Source of the DNA: Planctomycetaceae bacterium
GTDB lineage: Bacteria > Planctomycetota > Phycisphaerae > Phycisphaerales > SM1A02
Assembly: GCA_027490145.1 (NCBI GenBank)
Contig: JAIXYQ010000013.1
Coordinates: 79,433 to 143,432 of the forward strand
DNA: 64,000 nt
Reading direction: 5' to 3'
Shown: piece by piece, positions 43,886 to 53,831 of the stretch
Position numbering within the stretch: position 1 is the first letter of the stretch
Layout: every line of letters starts with the position of its first letter
Position numbers and translations under genes: made by a program
Notes under the pieces: generated by a model
The model's database searches: none
What the model was told of the DNA's origin: nothing
The model's input: the letters and a program-made list of their open reading frames with translations, nothing else

Positions 43886-46796
43886 CCGGGATCATCAGCT
43901 CGCCGCTCGGCAGACGCTTGGCCGCCGGGTCCTCGAGCAGCTTCTTGGGATTGCCGGGCAGGGGCTTCTCGAGTTCCTTCAGGCGCTCGAGCTCCTTCAC
44001 GTTGTAGTTCGTGTTGAAGTCGTCCGGGTTCTCGATGACGATCGGCGTGACGAAGATGAGCAGCTCGCGCTGGGCCTTCGAGTTGTCCACGTTGCCGAAG
44101 ATGAAGCCCAAGCCGGGGATGTCCTTCAGGATCGGGAATCCCGTGTCGTCCTTCGTCTCCGATTCGATGCGGATGCCGCTCAGCACGATCGTCTGGCCGT
44201 TCTTGACCGTGACCGCCGTGTTGGTCTGGCGCCGGTCGATCGTCGGGTTGTCGCCCACGCCGGCCGCCGCGATGTTGACGTTGGAGAGCAGGACCTCGAT
44301 CTCCATCGCCACGTTCTTCTCGTTGGTCACGCGCGGCCGGACGTTCAGGCCGATGCCGACGGCGATCTGCTCGAAGCTCGCCGTGGTGCCGGCGGCGTCG
44401 CTCGTGGTTCCCGACTGGAAGGGGACGTCCTGGCCGCTGAAGAACTTGGCCTCCTTGTTGTCGGTGGTGACCACGCGCGGCTGCTGCAGGATCCGGACGG
44501 CCGTGTCCTGCGCGAGCGACTGGAGCACCACGGTCGCATCGACGCCGAAGTCGAACGTGAACTCGTTGAACTCCCCGGGGAAGTCCGTGTCGCGCGAACC
44601 GGCGACTTCGGTTCCGATGGTGACGGCGTTGTTGGGATTGCGGGGCGCAACCTGGCCGTTGGGGCCGAACTTGATGCCCATCGCGAAGTCGTCGCCGATC
44701 TCCACCTCGGCCAGGACCGAGGCGATCATCACCTGCCGACCCGGCTTGTCGAGGTCGGTGATGATGTTCATGAGGGCCTGCTGGATCTCCGGCGGCGCCA
44801 GCACCAGCAGCGAGTTCTGGACTTCGTTGGGCACGACGCGGCTCTTGCCGACGAGCGCGCTGACCTCAGCCTGCTCGTCGCCGCCCGCGCCCCGGCCCGA
44901 CTGCCACGGGAACTGCACCGTGGTCTGGCTGTCGGACTGGCCGCCGGTGGCGCCGCTGGTCTCGCTCGTCCCGCCACCCGCACTCTCGAAGTTGATCCCG
45001 CTGAGGCCCGTGTCCTCCCGGGTGATCTCGGCGCCCGAGCCGGCTTGGGCCAGCAGCGCGTTCAGGATCTCAGCCATCTTGACCGAGTTGGCGTACTTGA
45101 GCGGGACGTTGGTCGGGATGCCGACCTTGAGCGGTTGGTCGAGCAGCTTCACCATCTGGTCGAGCCAGATGAAGTTGTCGGGGGTCTTGCTGATGATGAC
45201 GAGCCGGTTCGAATCCGGATAGGCATCGATCTTGAAGATGTTGCTCACTGCGACCGTGGCGCCGCTGTCGCCTCCGCCGCCGAGGTTGCCGCCCAGGCGA
45301 ACCTGTGCGCCGCCCGTGCGGCCGCCGCCCGCACTGCCGCCGCCGTTCTCCAGCAGCGACTCGAGCAGGGCTTCCATCTTGAGCGGATCGGTGTAGGCGA
45401 GGTCGTACACACGGAACAGGCTCCCGCCGGCCTGGGGATTCACGTCCCACACGTCGCCGATCAGGTCGCCGATGGACTTGAGGATGTCGGGCTCGGCACG
45501 GATCGTGATCGAGTTCGTGGCCGGGAGCACGGTCAGCAGCAGGTTGTCGGTCGTCCCGGCGATCTGCTCGCCGCCGGCGTTGGGCTGGTTCGGCGCGCCG
45601 CCGCGGCCGGGGGTGCGCTGGGCCGCGCCCGCACGGGCGCCACCGCCCGATGGACGCGTGTTGCTGAAGATGTCGGTGATCGCCGTGGCGATGGTCTGCG
45701 CATCCGCGTACTGCAGCCGGAAGGTCTGCGTGACCACGTCCTGGTAGGTCGGCACATCGAGCAGCTCGATCAACTTCGCGCACCGCTTGATGGTGCCGAC
45801 GTCGGCCTCGACGATGATCTGGTTCGAGTTGTTGTCGAAGTCGGCCTTCGCGTAGGTCGGCAGGCCGCCCTGGATGCGGTCGAAGACGCTCTGCGCCTTC
45901 GTGTTCTGCACGCGGAACACCTTGGTCAGCACCTGGCCGCTGTCGGCCATGGTCGTCACGTCCTTGTCGGGCCCAAGGATCAGCCCCGGCTGCAGCGACC
46001 GGATGTTCTCGTCGCCGAGTGCGTCGATCATGATCAGGTCCTCGGTCTCGACGACCGCGACCCCATTCAGCCTCAGCGCCTGGAAGATCATCTCGAGCGC
46101 CTCGGCCCGGGTGACCTTGCGGTCGCTCATGATGGTGATCGTCTGCTGCTTGACGCTCGCGAGCTTCGGGATCACGGTCTTGCCCGTGGTCTCCATGATG
46201 AACGGGAGCAGCTGCATGAGCTGCACATCCGTGCAGTTCACCTGCACCATGTCGGTGCGAGGATCGGCGCGACGGTCCGCGCGGAAGATGCGCAGCGGCG
46301 CATCCGCGGGGTCCGTGCTGCCATCGCCCGACGTGGCGGCGGTCGGAGCGTCGGTGCTGGACGCAGGTTCGCTGGGTTCGTCGTTGGCGGTCCCGGTCTC
46401 GTCCGCGCTCGGCTCCGGCGCCACCGGCGCATCCATCGCGGGTTCGGGATCGCCGCTGGGTTCCGCTGCAGGCTCCTGCGAAGGTTCGGGCTCCGCGGCG
46501 GGGGCCGTCGCCGGCGCGTCGGCCTTCGCGGGTTCCGGCGCGGGTTCCGGTTCCGGTTCGATCGGCTCATCGGGCTCGTTCGTCGGCTCCTGCGTGGGTT
46601 CACGCGATGGGTCGACGGGTCGGGTCACGGGAGCGGCGGGCTGGGCAGCCGGTTGCGCCGCGGGCGGAGCGGGCTGTGGCGTGGGCGGGACCTGGCGGCC
46701 GCCCTGGGCCAGCGTGGTCGTTGCCGTGGGCAGCAGCGTCAAGGTGGCCGCCGTCGCGAGCAGCGTGGTGAGCATGGTGGTGTTCGATCGGTTCAC
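43857..46796 (-). CDS. gspD: type II secretion system secretin
   Basis: 979-aa ORF with a signal peptide and N0/N1-like repeats (VNCTDVQLMQLLPFIMETTGKTVI; VFRVQNTKAQSV; FRLQYADAQTIA). C-terminal secretin core VRILQQPRVVTTDNKEAKF..GQTIVLSGI..PILKDIPGLGFIFG..RELLIFVTP. Confidence 0.9.
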   Translation of the reverse strand: MNRSNTTMLTTLLATAATLTLLPTATTTLAQGGRQVPPTPQPAPPAAQPAAQPAAPVTRPVDPSREPTQEPTNEPDEPIEPEPEPAPEPAKADAPATAPAAEPEPSQEPAAEPSGDPEPAMDAPVAPEPSADETGTANDEPSEPASSTDAPTAATSGDGSTDPADAPLRIFRADRRADPRTDMVQVNCTDVQLMQLLPFIMETTGKTVIPKLASVKQQTITIMSDRKVTRAEALEMIFQALRLNGVAVVETEDLIMIDALGDENIRSLQPGLILGPDKDVTTMADSGQVLTKVFRVQNTKAQSVFDRIQGGLPTYAKADFDNNSNQIIVEADVGTIKRCAKLIELLDVPTYQDVVTQTFRLQYADAQTIATAITDIFSNTRPSGGGARAGAAQRTPGRGGAPNQPNAGGEQIAGTTDNLLLTVLPATNSITIRAEPDILKSIGDLIGDVWDVNPQAGGSLFRVYDLAYTDPLKMEALLESLLENGGGSAGGGRTGGAQVRLGGNLGGGGDSGATVAVSNIFKIDAYPDSNRLVIISKTPDNFIWLDQMVKLLDQPLKVGIPTNVPLKYANSVKMAEILNALLAQAGSGAEITREDTGLSGINFESAGGGTSETSGATGGQSDSQTTVQFPWQSGRGAGGDEQAEVSALVGKSRVVPNEVQNSLLVLAPPEIQQALMNIITDLDKPGRQVMIASVLAEVEIGDDFAMGIKFGPNGQVAPRNPNNAVTIGTEVAGSRDTDFPGEFNEFTFDFGVDATVVLQSLAQDTAVRILQQPRVVTTDNKEAKFFSGQDVPFQSGTTSDAAGTTASFEQIAVGIGLNVRPRVTNEKNVAMEIEVLLSNVNIAAAGVGDNPTIDRRQTNTAVTVKNGQTIVLSGIRIESETKDDTGFPILKDIPGLGFIFGNVDNSKAQRELLIFVTPIVIENPDDFNTNYNVKELERLKELEKPLPGNPKKLLEDPAAKRLPSGELMIPDAPTPPTTP

Positions 46797-46832
46797 GGGA
46801 GCTCCAGGTCTGGTCGTTGGTCGTTCGTGGGT

Positions 46833-47753
46833 TCAGTCGAGCTTGTTGACTCGATCGATGAGCAGTTGGCGTTCGCGCTCGAGGCGCTCCTTCACGGCGG
46901 GATCGCCGGAGCGGCCGCGCAGGGCGCGGCTCACCTCTTCAAGTGCCTTGCCGGCCTGGTCGCGGTCCATCGCTTCGATGGCGGCCGCATCAAGCGCGGC
47001 AGGGACGGCAGGAGCGAGATCGCTCGCTGCAGGTGCCGCACCGGTGGCGGTGGCTTCGGGCGTGACGGGTGCCGCCGGAGCCACCACCGGGGCAGAGGAC
47101 GGCGTGGATGAAGGGGTCGCCGCAGGAGCGGTCACGGGACTCGCGGTGGGATCGGCGGCAACGGGCGTGATGCCGGGGGGATTCGTCCGGCCCGCCGAAC
47201 CGGTCGAGCCCGACGAGAGAACGCTCGTGTCGAACTTCTCGCGCAGCGACACGGTGTACTCGCCACCGGACCACTTCAGCCGGACCTCATCAGGCGGCAT
47301 GATCGCGACGACGGTGATGCCATCGCCCGATTCACCCACCTTGACGGTGCGTCCGCCGGCAAGCACCAGCATGTCGGCAATCACACCGGTCGGCCTTGGA
47401 CCGCCATAGGTCGCAGGCGGACCCGCCGGCTTGGGCGGTGCCACCGGCTTGGGCGGCTCGGCGCGAACGACCGGAGCCGGCTTGGGCCGGCTCGGTGGCT
47501 TGAGCGGCGTGGAGAACAGGCTCCGCCCCTCGAACCGCTTGCGATGGATCAGTGCCATCTGCTCGTGGCGGGTGAACTCGGGGCTCACGCGGTCGGCGCG
47601 CTCGGGATCGACGCCGGGAGCGAGCAGCGAACCGCCCAACTCGCTCACGGCCGTCACGCCCACGATGGCCAGCACGGTCACGGCGACGGCACTGGCGATC
47701 ACCCTCGGAGATCGCAGCAGGTCCGTGGGGATGGCGTGGCGCAGGTCGATCAT
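46833..47753 (-). CDS. bitopic inner-membrane protein, GspC-like (HR-domain-like beta segment, Pro-rich linker, C-terminal coiled coil)
   Basis: ORF 46833..47780 trimmed to the ATG at 47753 (ATGA overlap with the upstream gene). TM segment VIASAVAVTVLAIVGVTAV. VIADMLVLAGGRTVKVGESGDGITVVAIMPPDEVRLKWSGGEYTVSL resembles the GspC HR or PilP fold. Its position just before the secretin supports the call. Confidence 0.45.
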   Translation of the reverse strand: MIDLRHAIPTDLLRSPRVIASAVAVTVLAIVGVTAVSELGGSLLAPGVDPERADRVSPEFTRHEQMALIHRKRFEGRSLFSTPLKPPSRPKPAPVVRAEPPKPVAPPKPAGPPATYGGPRPTGVIADMLVLAGGRTVKVGESGDGITVVAIMPPDEVRLKWSGGEYTVSLREKFDTSVLSSGSTGSAGRTNPPGITPVAADPTASPVTAPAATPSSTPSSAPVVAPAAPVTPEATATGAAPAASDLAPAVPAALDAAAIEAMDRDQAGKALEEVSRALRGRSGDPAVKERLERERQLLIDRVNKLD

Positions 47754-48340
47754 GGCTTCGCCTTCCCGGCGGTGACCCACGCCTCGGCCATGAGCCGAAC
47801 GCTCAGCTTCTTCGCCTTGTCATCCCAGTCCATGCGCACGCTGCCGAGCGCATCGACCGCCGGAGATGCCTCGAGCGATTGGATGAACCCGAAGGTGTCC
47901 TGTGGGCTCGCCACGAAGTTCACTTCGCCGATCAGGCGCTCGACGCGGGATGCGATGCCCGCCGCGTCCGAGGCTGCCTTGGGCAGCTTGCCGCCGGTCC
48001 GCGTCTGGAAGGTGTAGCTCGACACCTTGTTCTTCTTGGCGGCATCCTTCACGGCGATCGACAGCGCATTCGCGCCTTCGGCCTCCGATCCCGGCAGGTC
48101 GAGCCGCCCGTAGACCGCGATGGCATCGCGCACCTTGCCGGGAAGTTCCTCCTCGTTGCGCGCTCCCTCATGCAGCACCTTCTGCACGTGGTCGGCCTCG
48201 GCGGACCATGAGCGCGCGAGCGCCCAGGGATAGTCATCCAGGAACGTATAGACGACCAGGGCCGCGACGACGGAGATGCCGGCGCGGACGATGGGTCGTT
48301 GCGCATGGAAGCGCGCGATGGCGTCGTGGACCACGCTCAT
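47750..48340 (-). CDS. bitopic inner-membrane protein, GspM/PilO-like
   Basis: 196-aa ORF with a single N-terminal TM segment (GISVVAALVVYTFL). It overlaps both neighbours by 4 nt and occupies the GspM position after the GspL-like gene. No sequence motif supports the call, so it rests on position only. Confidence 0.4.
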   Translation of the reverse strand: MSVVHDAIARFHAQRPIVRAGISVVAALVVYTFLDDYPWALARSWSAEADHVQKVLHEGARNEEELPGKVRDAIAVYGRLDLPGSEAEGANALSIAVKDAAKKNKVSSYTFQTRTGGKLPKAASDAAGIASRVERLIGEVNFVASPQDTFGFIQSLEASPAVDALGSVRMDWDDKAKKLSVRLMAEAWVTAGKAKP

Positions 48341-50469
48341 GGCTTCCTCGTCCTTGCCTTGAGCATGTCGAAGTCCTTCTTCAGGCGCGCCGTGGTCTCT
48401 TCATCGAGGCCATCGCGTTGGCGGACGGCTGCGATCTTGATGAGCATGTCGCGTGCTTCGTCGCGGCTCATGGCGTCGACCTGGTCCTGCGTGAGCGCGG
48501 GCGGGATCGGTTGCTCTGCGGGCTGTGCCGCACCCACGGCCGGTCGGCCGCGTCGCGAAGCTTCGGTCGGGCCGCTGGCGCCCGGCAATCCGCCGCGACG
48601 ACCGCCGCGGCCCTCGCGGGATTCTCCGTCGGCCTCAGCCGGTGCCGCGTCGTTCGCGGCCTCCGCGGCGCCGCCGCCGGCGGAGGCGACGTTGGTCTCA
48701 CCCGAAGCCGCTGCCGGCGCGCGTGCGGCTTCGCTCGCTGCTGCGGCCGCCGCGCCTGCCGGCGTGGTCCGAGCGCCCGTTGACGCTGCAACGGGTTCGC
48801 CGTTCGTGACGACGGTCGGCACGCCCACGCCGGGCGCGTCGCCGGCCACCATGTCCGGAACGACGGCCACGGGCTGCTGGTCGCCGCTCGCCACCGGCGT
48901 GGTTGGCGTGGGGGCCGCCGGGGCGGAACCCGCCTCGATCAGGAACCCATCAGCATCGACTGGCCCCCATCGCTGCTCGGCCAGGGACTTCTTGCCGTAA
49001 TCCTGCGACTCCGAGTACCGCACGATCAGCATGGGATCGGCGACCTGCGCCGTGATCGAGAACTCGGTACTCCCACCCTTGGGTTCTTCCCAGCTCTTCA
49101 CGATCCGGGAGAAGACCTTCGATGCGCGCATGCGCTCTTCCATCACCACGATCGCATCGACGCTCGACAGTTCGCCCACGCCGCGCGCGAGGCCACGCAC
49201 CTGCACGTTCGAGCCGTGGTCGATGTTGATCGACTCGATCTCGATGCCATCGGGCGTCGTGCACGCGATGTCGCTCAGCAACTTGCTCATCGGCCAGCCG
49301 AGCTTGTCGACCTGGCCGTACAGCGCGATCCGTCGCTCGCTCGACACCATCGACGCCTCGAACGCGTCGGCGTCAGCGAGACGGAAGTTCAGCCATGCCA
49401 GGCGCAGCCCAGCCACGGCCATGGGGCCGAAGACCACGGCCAGCCCGGCGGCGATCAAGGCCCGCTTGGTGAACGCGGGACTGTCCATGCGCGCCAAGGC
49501 GTCGATGAGCAGCCCCTGTGAGCGGCGAGGTTCGATGGGCATCAGGCCCAGCAGCGGCGAGAGGGGGCTCCGCAGGGCGAGTGCCACGCCGGCGAGGTCA
49601 CCGAACTGCGCGCGCCAGGCGGCATCGTCGGGGGCGCCAGCCAGGGCGGAACCCAGCGCATCGGCGCCGGCAAGGCCCGCGAATCCCTGGGCAAACGCTG
49701 CGGGCATGGCGCGACGCGCGGCGATCAGGTCGTCCTCGGACCAATGCCCCAGCATGGCCGTGTCGTTGACCGCTTCGCTGATGGCGCCGGCGAACTCGCT
49801 GGCGTCGTCGCTCCGCTCGATGAGCGTGCGGGCCACGAGGTGGCCCTCGCGTGACGCCACGACCGCCACGGAGCCGGTCGAGGGCTGGATGTCGATGCAC
49901 ATCCGCGCGGCACGGCCCAGGCCATCGGCCGACATCAGGCCAAGGAGCCCCGCCACGGGAGCCGTGAAGGTCACGCGAGGTGCGACGGGCCCATGCGTCG
50001 CCCGACGCCCGTCATCGGCCTTCAGCCCCGGCGGAAGCTGCACGGCGCCGCCGGGCTTCCACTCAAGCACGATGCCCAAGCGCTCCTCGGCACCGGTCGA
50101 ACCGTCCGGCACGACCGCGCAGGCCGATCGGCAACGGGGGGCATCGGGGGCAAGCGCCCCCTCGGCCTGCAGTGACAACGCCTGCTGCTGCTGCGCCGGC
50201 GTGGCCCGAGGCAGCGCGATCGAACGGAGGATGACCTCGTTGCCGGGCACGATCACCACGACGCGCTCGGGCATGAGCTCGTGGAGCCAGGGAGCCAAGT
50301 CCTCGACGCCGCTGCCATCTCCGCAGTCAGGACCGAACTCGCCGGCTTGCTCGAACTGCACGCCCAGTGGCCCGAACCGCACGAGCAGTGCCTTCCAGCG
50401 CTCGCCTTCAAGGCGAAGCACCGCGGCAAGGTCGGTGGCGAGGACGGGCTTGGCGGCGTTCTTCTTCAC
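48337..50469 (-). CDS. GspL/PilM-PilN-like assembly-platform protein with a roughly 200-aa low-complexity C-terminal extension
   Basis: 710-aa ORF with a cytoplasmic N-domain, the TM segment ALIAAGLAVVFGPMAVAGLRLAWL, and a periplasmic PilN-like domain (GIEIESINIDHGSNVQVRG). An A/P/G-rich tail containing REGRGGRRGG follows. Confidence 0.5.
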   Translation of the reverse strand: MKKNAAKPVLATDLAAVLRLEGERWKALLVRFGPLGVQFEQAGEFGPDCGDGSGVEDLAPWLHELMPERVVVIVPGNEVILRSIALPRATPAQQQQALSLQAEGALAPDAPRCRSACAVVPDGSTGAEERLGIVLEWKPGGAVQLPPGLKADDGRRATHGPVAPRVTFTAPVAGLLGLMSADGLGRAARMCIDIQPSTGSVAVVASREGHLVARTLIERSDDASEFAGAISEAVNDTAMLGHWSEDDLIAARRAMPAAFAQGFAGLAGADALGSALAGAPDDAAWRAQFGDLAGVALALRSPLSPLLGLMPIEPRRSQGLLIDALARMDSPAFTKRALIAAGLAVVFGPMAVAGLRLAWLNFRLADADAFEASMVSSERRIALYGQVDKLGWPMSKLLSDIACTTPDGIEIESINIDHGSNVQVRGLARGVGELSSVDAIVVMEERMRASKVFSRIVKSWEEPKGGSTEFSITAQVADPMLIVRYSESQDYGKKSLAEQRWGPVDADGFLIEAGSAPAAPTPTTPVASGDQQPVAVVPDMVAGDAPGVGVPTVVTNGEPVAASTGARTTPAGAAAAAASEAARAPAAASGETNVASAGGGAAEAANDAAPAEADGESREGRGGRRGGLPGASGPTEASRRGRPAVGAAQPAEQPIPPALTQDQVDAMSRDEARDMLIKIAAVRQRDGLDEETTARLKKDFDMLKARTRKP

Positions 50470-51815
50470 GGTTCGAGGTACTCCAGGATCGTCACGGGCA
50501 GGGTGGAACGATCAACGACGACGATCATTTCAACCTCCGTGCCGGTTCCGGGGGCACGCCCCCGGCTGGTGATGGTGTACACGGAACTCTGGGTGTCCAT
50601 CGTGCGGGCCATCTGGGCGGCGTCCTGCGGGCTCAGCCCGTCGATCCTGGACAGCTCGCCGAGCGTCGTGATGCCGGTGGAGGTGTCGCGCCGGTCGATG
50701 ATGCGCTGGGCGACCTTCGGCTCGAGCCCGTAGACCTGTTCGAGCACACGCTTGGAGACCGTGTTGATGTTCACGCGCCCGGCATCACCGGGCTTGGGCG
50801 CCTGGGTCACGCATTCACGCAGCACGTTGTCCAGCTGCTCGGGCTTGAGCGTGGCCGATTGCTGTGCGGCGGGCGTTTGCGTGCGCCCCGCGCTGGAACG
50901 ACCGCTGCGGCCGCGCGAGGTCGAGGTGGTCGGCTGCTGGGCTTGCTGGCCCAATGGCGTGCTGATGAGCTGTTCAACGTAGAAGTTGGCCTGCTTGGCG
51001 GACTCCACCAACTGCGTGGCCTGCTGCTGCGAGAGCCCGGTGCGCTCGACGACCTCCTCGGCCGTGGCCGTCTTCAGGTCGAGCCGGTCCTCGCCGGCCA
51101 TGGTCTGCGGGTAGGGCCGTGTGCGGGCCGTGAACAGGCCGGCCAGGCCGTAGTCGAGCACGCCGTCGGCGTTGTCGTCGGGAAAGCTCGCGTCGCCGTC
51201 GTTCTCGTTGGGATCGAGCCGGTTGTTCAGGTTCCAGTCCTCGCCGCGGACCTCCTTGGGCCACACGCCGAGCACCATCTCGAGCTCGGGCACGGAGCGG
51301 AAGTTGGCATTGCGGGGCTGGTAGTTGATGTTCGAGCGGCCCAGGTACGAGCGGGATTCCGCGCCCGACATCTCCTCGTCGTCGTTCGTGTCCCGCCAGT
51401 CGGTGATCGCATCGGCCAGCAGGCCGACGTCGTCCATGTTGTAGAGCTGCGCCCGGCTGACGGCGTTGATGTTCATCCGGGAGTGCTCATCGAACGGACC
51501 TGGATAGATCGCGCCATCGATCTCGTGGTAGATCTCGAAGGATCCCGTGGAGAGTTCGTCGACGGCGTTGTCCTCGAGGTCGTTCACCATCGCGAACGCA
51601 CTGTCCGGGTCGGGGTTCTCGCCGTAGTACTCCATGATCGCGATCACGGTCTCGACGCCCGCCCGCGCGGCCCACCTGGCCTGCACCTTGGACATGGCCT
51701 CGCGGCCCATCACGGCCTGCCGATAGCAGCCCAGCTGCGTCGCCGATGTGATCAACGCCGCCACGGCGACGCACCAGATCACGATCGGCAGCACCATGGC
51801 GCGGCGCCGGCTCAT
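50466..51815 (-). CDS. gspK: type II secretion minor pseudopilin GspK
   Basis: 449-aa ORF with the N-terminal TM segment MVLPIVIWCVAVAALI, SRMNINAV and GRVNINTVSKRVLEQV (HhH-like), and FRSVPELEMVLGV. Confidence 0.7.
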   Translation of the reverse strand: MSRRRAMVLPIVIWCVAVAALITSATQLGCYRQAVMGREAMSKVQARWAARAGVETVIAIMEYYGENPDPDSAFAMVNDLEDNAVDELSTGSFEIYHEIDGAIYPGPFDEHSRMNINAVSRAQLYNMDDVGLLADAITDWRDTNDDEEMSGAESRSYLGRSNINYQPRNANFRSVPELEMVLGVWPKEVRGEDWNLNNRLDPNENDGDASFPDDNADGVLDYGLAGLFTARTRPYPQTMAGEDRLDLKTATAEEVVERTGLSQQQATQLVESAKQANFYVEQLISTPLGQQAQQPTTSTSRGRSGRSSAGRTQTPAAQQSATLKPEQLDNVLRECVTQAPKPGDAGRVNINTVSKRVLEQVYGLEPKVAQRIIDRRDTSTGITTLGELSRIDGLSPQDAAQMARTMDTQSSVYTITSRGRAPGTGTEVEMIVVVDRSTLPVTILEYLEP

Positions 51816-52828
51816 CGGCCGCCTCCGCCCGATGCAGGGCCGCCGCCACCGAGTCGCCCGCCGCCCTGGCCGCCGCGGCCGCCGCCCTGACCGCGGCCCT
51901 GACCTCGACCACCGCCCTGACCACCGTTTTGGCCGAAGCCACCACGACCGCCACCCATGCCACCGCGTCCTCCGCGGCCGTCGCCGGGAATCGTCACGCC
52001 ATCGGGAATCTGCACGCCCATGCCGCCGACGCCATCCACGCCAAGGCCGGCCGCTGCACCCGCGGCACCGGCTGCGTCACCCGCGGCGGCTGCTTCCGCT
52101 GCTGCGGCCTCGGCGGCAAGCTGCTGTTCGTACTGGGCGATCTGGACGAGCGGGGGCGTCGCACGGTCGATGGGGATCACCGTCTGCAACGTGACCAGGT
52201 CGCGCACCAGCGGATCGATCGGTGCCCCGGGTTCATTGCCCAGCGCCCGCACGGTCACCCGCAGGGCCCAAGGGAGTCCGTCGAGATCGCTGTCCCACGC
52301 GTCGCGCCAGGTACTGCCGTCGTAGGCCTCGAAGCGCAGGCTCACGACGCCGTCCATCAGCGGGGTTGCCGAGCCGCCGCCGCGCTCATACTGGTCGGGC
52401 TGGCTGTCGGCGCGCATCCAGAGTGCCGAGCCCAGGTCGTCGTCCTCGATGCGCAGGTGCGTCTCGAACTCCTGGCCGTCGCCGTTGTACTCCGTCTCCC
52501 GGACGGTGCGCAGGCGCGTGTTGTAGACCAGCAGTTCGTCGCGATCGACCTCCAGCCCGGCGGCATCGGCCACCGACGCGGTGTGGTCATCGACGATCAG
52601 GACCCGGCAGTGGAACAGGTCGTCGCTGCGGATGGTCGACTGGAGTTCCTTGCGGACGGTCTCGAGCGCACCGAGCGCGCGCACGTGGGCATCCATGCGG
52701 AGCTTGCAGACCTCACGGGCGCGGCCGAACTGGGCCAGGCTCGTGGTGATCACGGCGGCGATCACCACCGCGATCGTGCCGGCGATCAGCAGTTCGGCCA
52801 GGGTGAAGGCGCGGGGGTCACGGCGCAA
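51812..52828 (-). CDS. minor pseudopilin (GspJ-like) with a C-terminal Ala-rich then Arg/Gly-rich (RGG) tail
   Basis: ORF 51812..52960 trimmed to the TTG at 52828, which has a perfect AGGAGG 6 nt upstream. Class III signal RA|FTLAELLIAGTIAVVIAAV. The last 102 aa are low complexity, ending GRGGRGGMGGGRGGFGQNGGQGGGRGQGRGQGGGRGG. ATGA overlap with gspK. Confidence 0.55.
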   Translation of the reverse strand: MRRDPRAFTLAELLIAGTIAVVIAAVITTSLAQFGRAREVCKLRMDAHVRALGALETVRKELQSTIRSDDLFHCRVLIVDDHTASVADAAGLEVDRDELLVYNTRLRTVRETEYNGDGQEFETHLRIEDDDLGSALWMRADSQPDQYERGGGSATPLMDGVVSLRFEAYDGSTWRDAWDSDLDGLPWALRVTVRALGNEPGAPIDPLVRDLVTLQTVIPIDRATPPLVQIAQYEQQLAAEAAAAEAAAAGDAAGAAGAAAGLGVDGVGGMGVQIPDGVTIPGDGRGGRGGMGGGRGGFGQNGGQGGGRGQGRGQGGGRGGQGGGRLGGGGPASGGGGR

Positions 52829-53267
52829 CGGCGGCCTCCTCGTCCTTGCCGAAGGCGCTCTGGCGATCGAAGGGCTCCGGCGGCCGGCGATCCGGATTCG
52901 GGTCCTCGCCCAGCCGGGGCGCGATGCGCGTCTCGACGGAATACGACTGGCCGCGTGCATCGCGCACCATGGCCGTCACCGTGTAGGGATCGCCCAGTCC
53001 CTCGGGATCGATCAGGATCTCGAACTCCCAGTCCTCGAACGGCGCGTCGAAGCGCCCGGACGTGGCGTTGAGCTTGGGGAACTCGGTCACGCCGTCGACG
53101 AGCACCTGCGAGAGCAGCCCGTCGAGCAGCGACGATGCGATGACCTCGGCCTCGCCGCGCCGCTGCATGTCCATCGCGCGCATCGACACGTTGATGATGC
53201 CCGCGAGCCCGACCGCCAGGATCACGCCCGCGATCACCACCTCGATCAGCGCGAAGCCGCGGCGCAT
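52818..53267 (-). CDS. minor pseudopilin (GspI-like)
   Basis: ORF 52818..53558 trimmed to MRRG|FALIEVVIAGVILAVGLAG (ATG 53267, TGATG overlap with the upstream stop). Confidence 0.55.
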   Translation of the reverse strand: MRRGFALIEVVIAGVILAVGLAGIINVSMRAMDMQRRGEAEVIASSLLDGLLSQVLVDGVTEFPKLNATSGRFDAPFEDWEFEILIDPEGLGDPYTVTAMVRDARGQSYSVETRIAPRLGEDPNPDRRPPEPFDRQSAFGKDEEAAVAP

Positions 53268-53824
53268 CACCAGTCCTCCTGGGTCAGGCCGCCCGCGTCG
53301 AGGTCGACGCCCTCGCGCTCGGCCACCAGCGAGACGCCGTTGTCGGCGCGGCGGGGGATCAGCTGCGTCGAGGGCAGCCGGAGTTCGGTCTCGCCCGAGG
53401 GGCCGACCCACGTCATCACGATCTCGGGGCGGCCACCCGAGGGGATGCTGGCGATCATCCAGGTGCGCGGGTCGAGTTCCTGGCCGTCGGCGGTGATCGA
53501 GACGAGTTCCATCTCGTTCGGCACACGGAACGGCTTCACCATCGTGTCGTACTCCCACTGCGCCTCGGCCTCCAGGCCGGGCGGCCTCTTCATCACCACC
53601 AGCGCGATGTCGCCGGTCTCGCCGTCGCGCATGAGCGCGACCTGCTGCGTGCCGGACGACTCGCGGTAGGCGAACATGGCCAGGACCTGCTCCATCTGGG
53701 TCATGGCGGAGTCGTGGCTGAACCAGCCCAGTCCGGCCACGCGTGGCACGACCGCCGCTGCGAGCACCACCAGGATGATGGTCGCCACGAGGATCTCGAT
53801 GATCGTGAACGCGCGTCGGGGCAT
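53267..53824 (-). CDS. minor pseudopilin (GspH-like)
   Basis: 185-aa ORF with the MPRRA|FTIIEILVATIILVVLAAAVVP class III signal. Confidence 0.55.
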   Translation of the reverse strand: MPRRAFTIIEILVATIILVVLAAAVVPRVAGLGWFSHDSAMTQMEQVLAMFAYRESSGTQQVALMRDGETGDIALVVMKRPPGLEAEAQWEYDTMVKPFRVPNEMELVSITADGQELDPRTWMIASIPSGGRPEIVMTWVGPSGETELRLPSTQLIPRRADNGVSLVAEREGVDLDAGGLTQEDW

Positions 53825-53831
53825 CGGCGGG

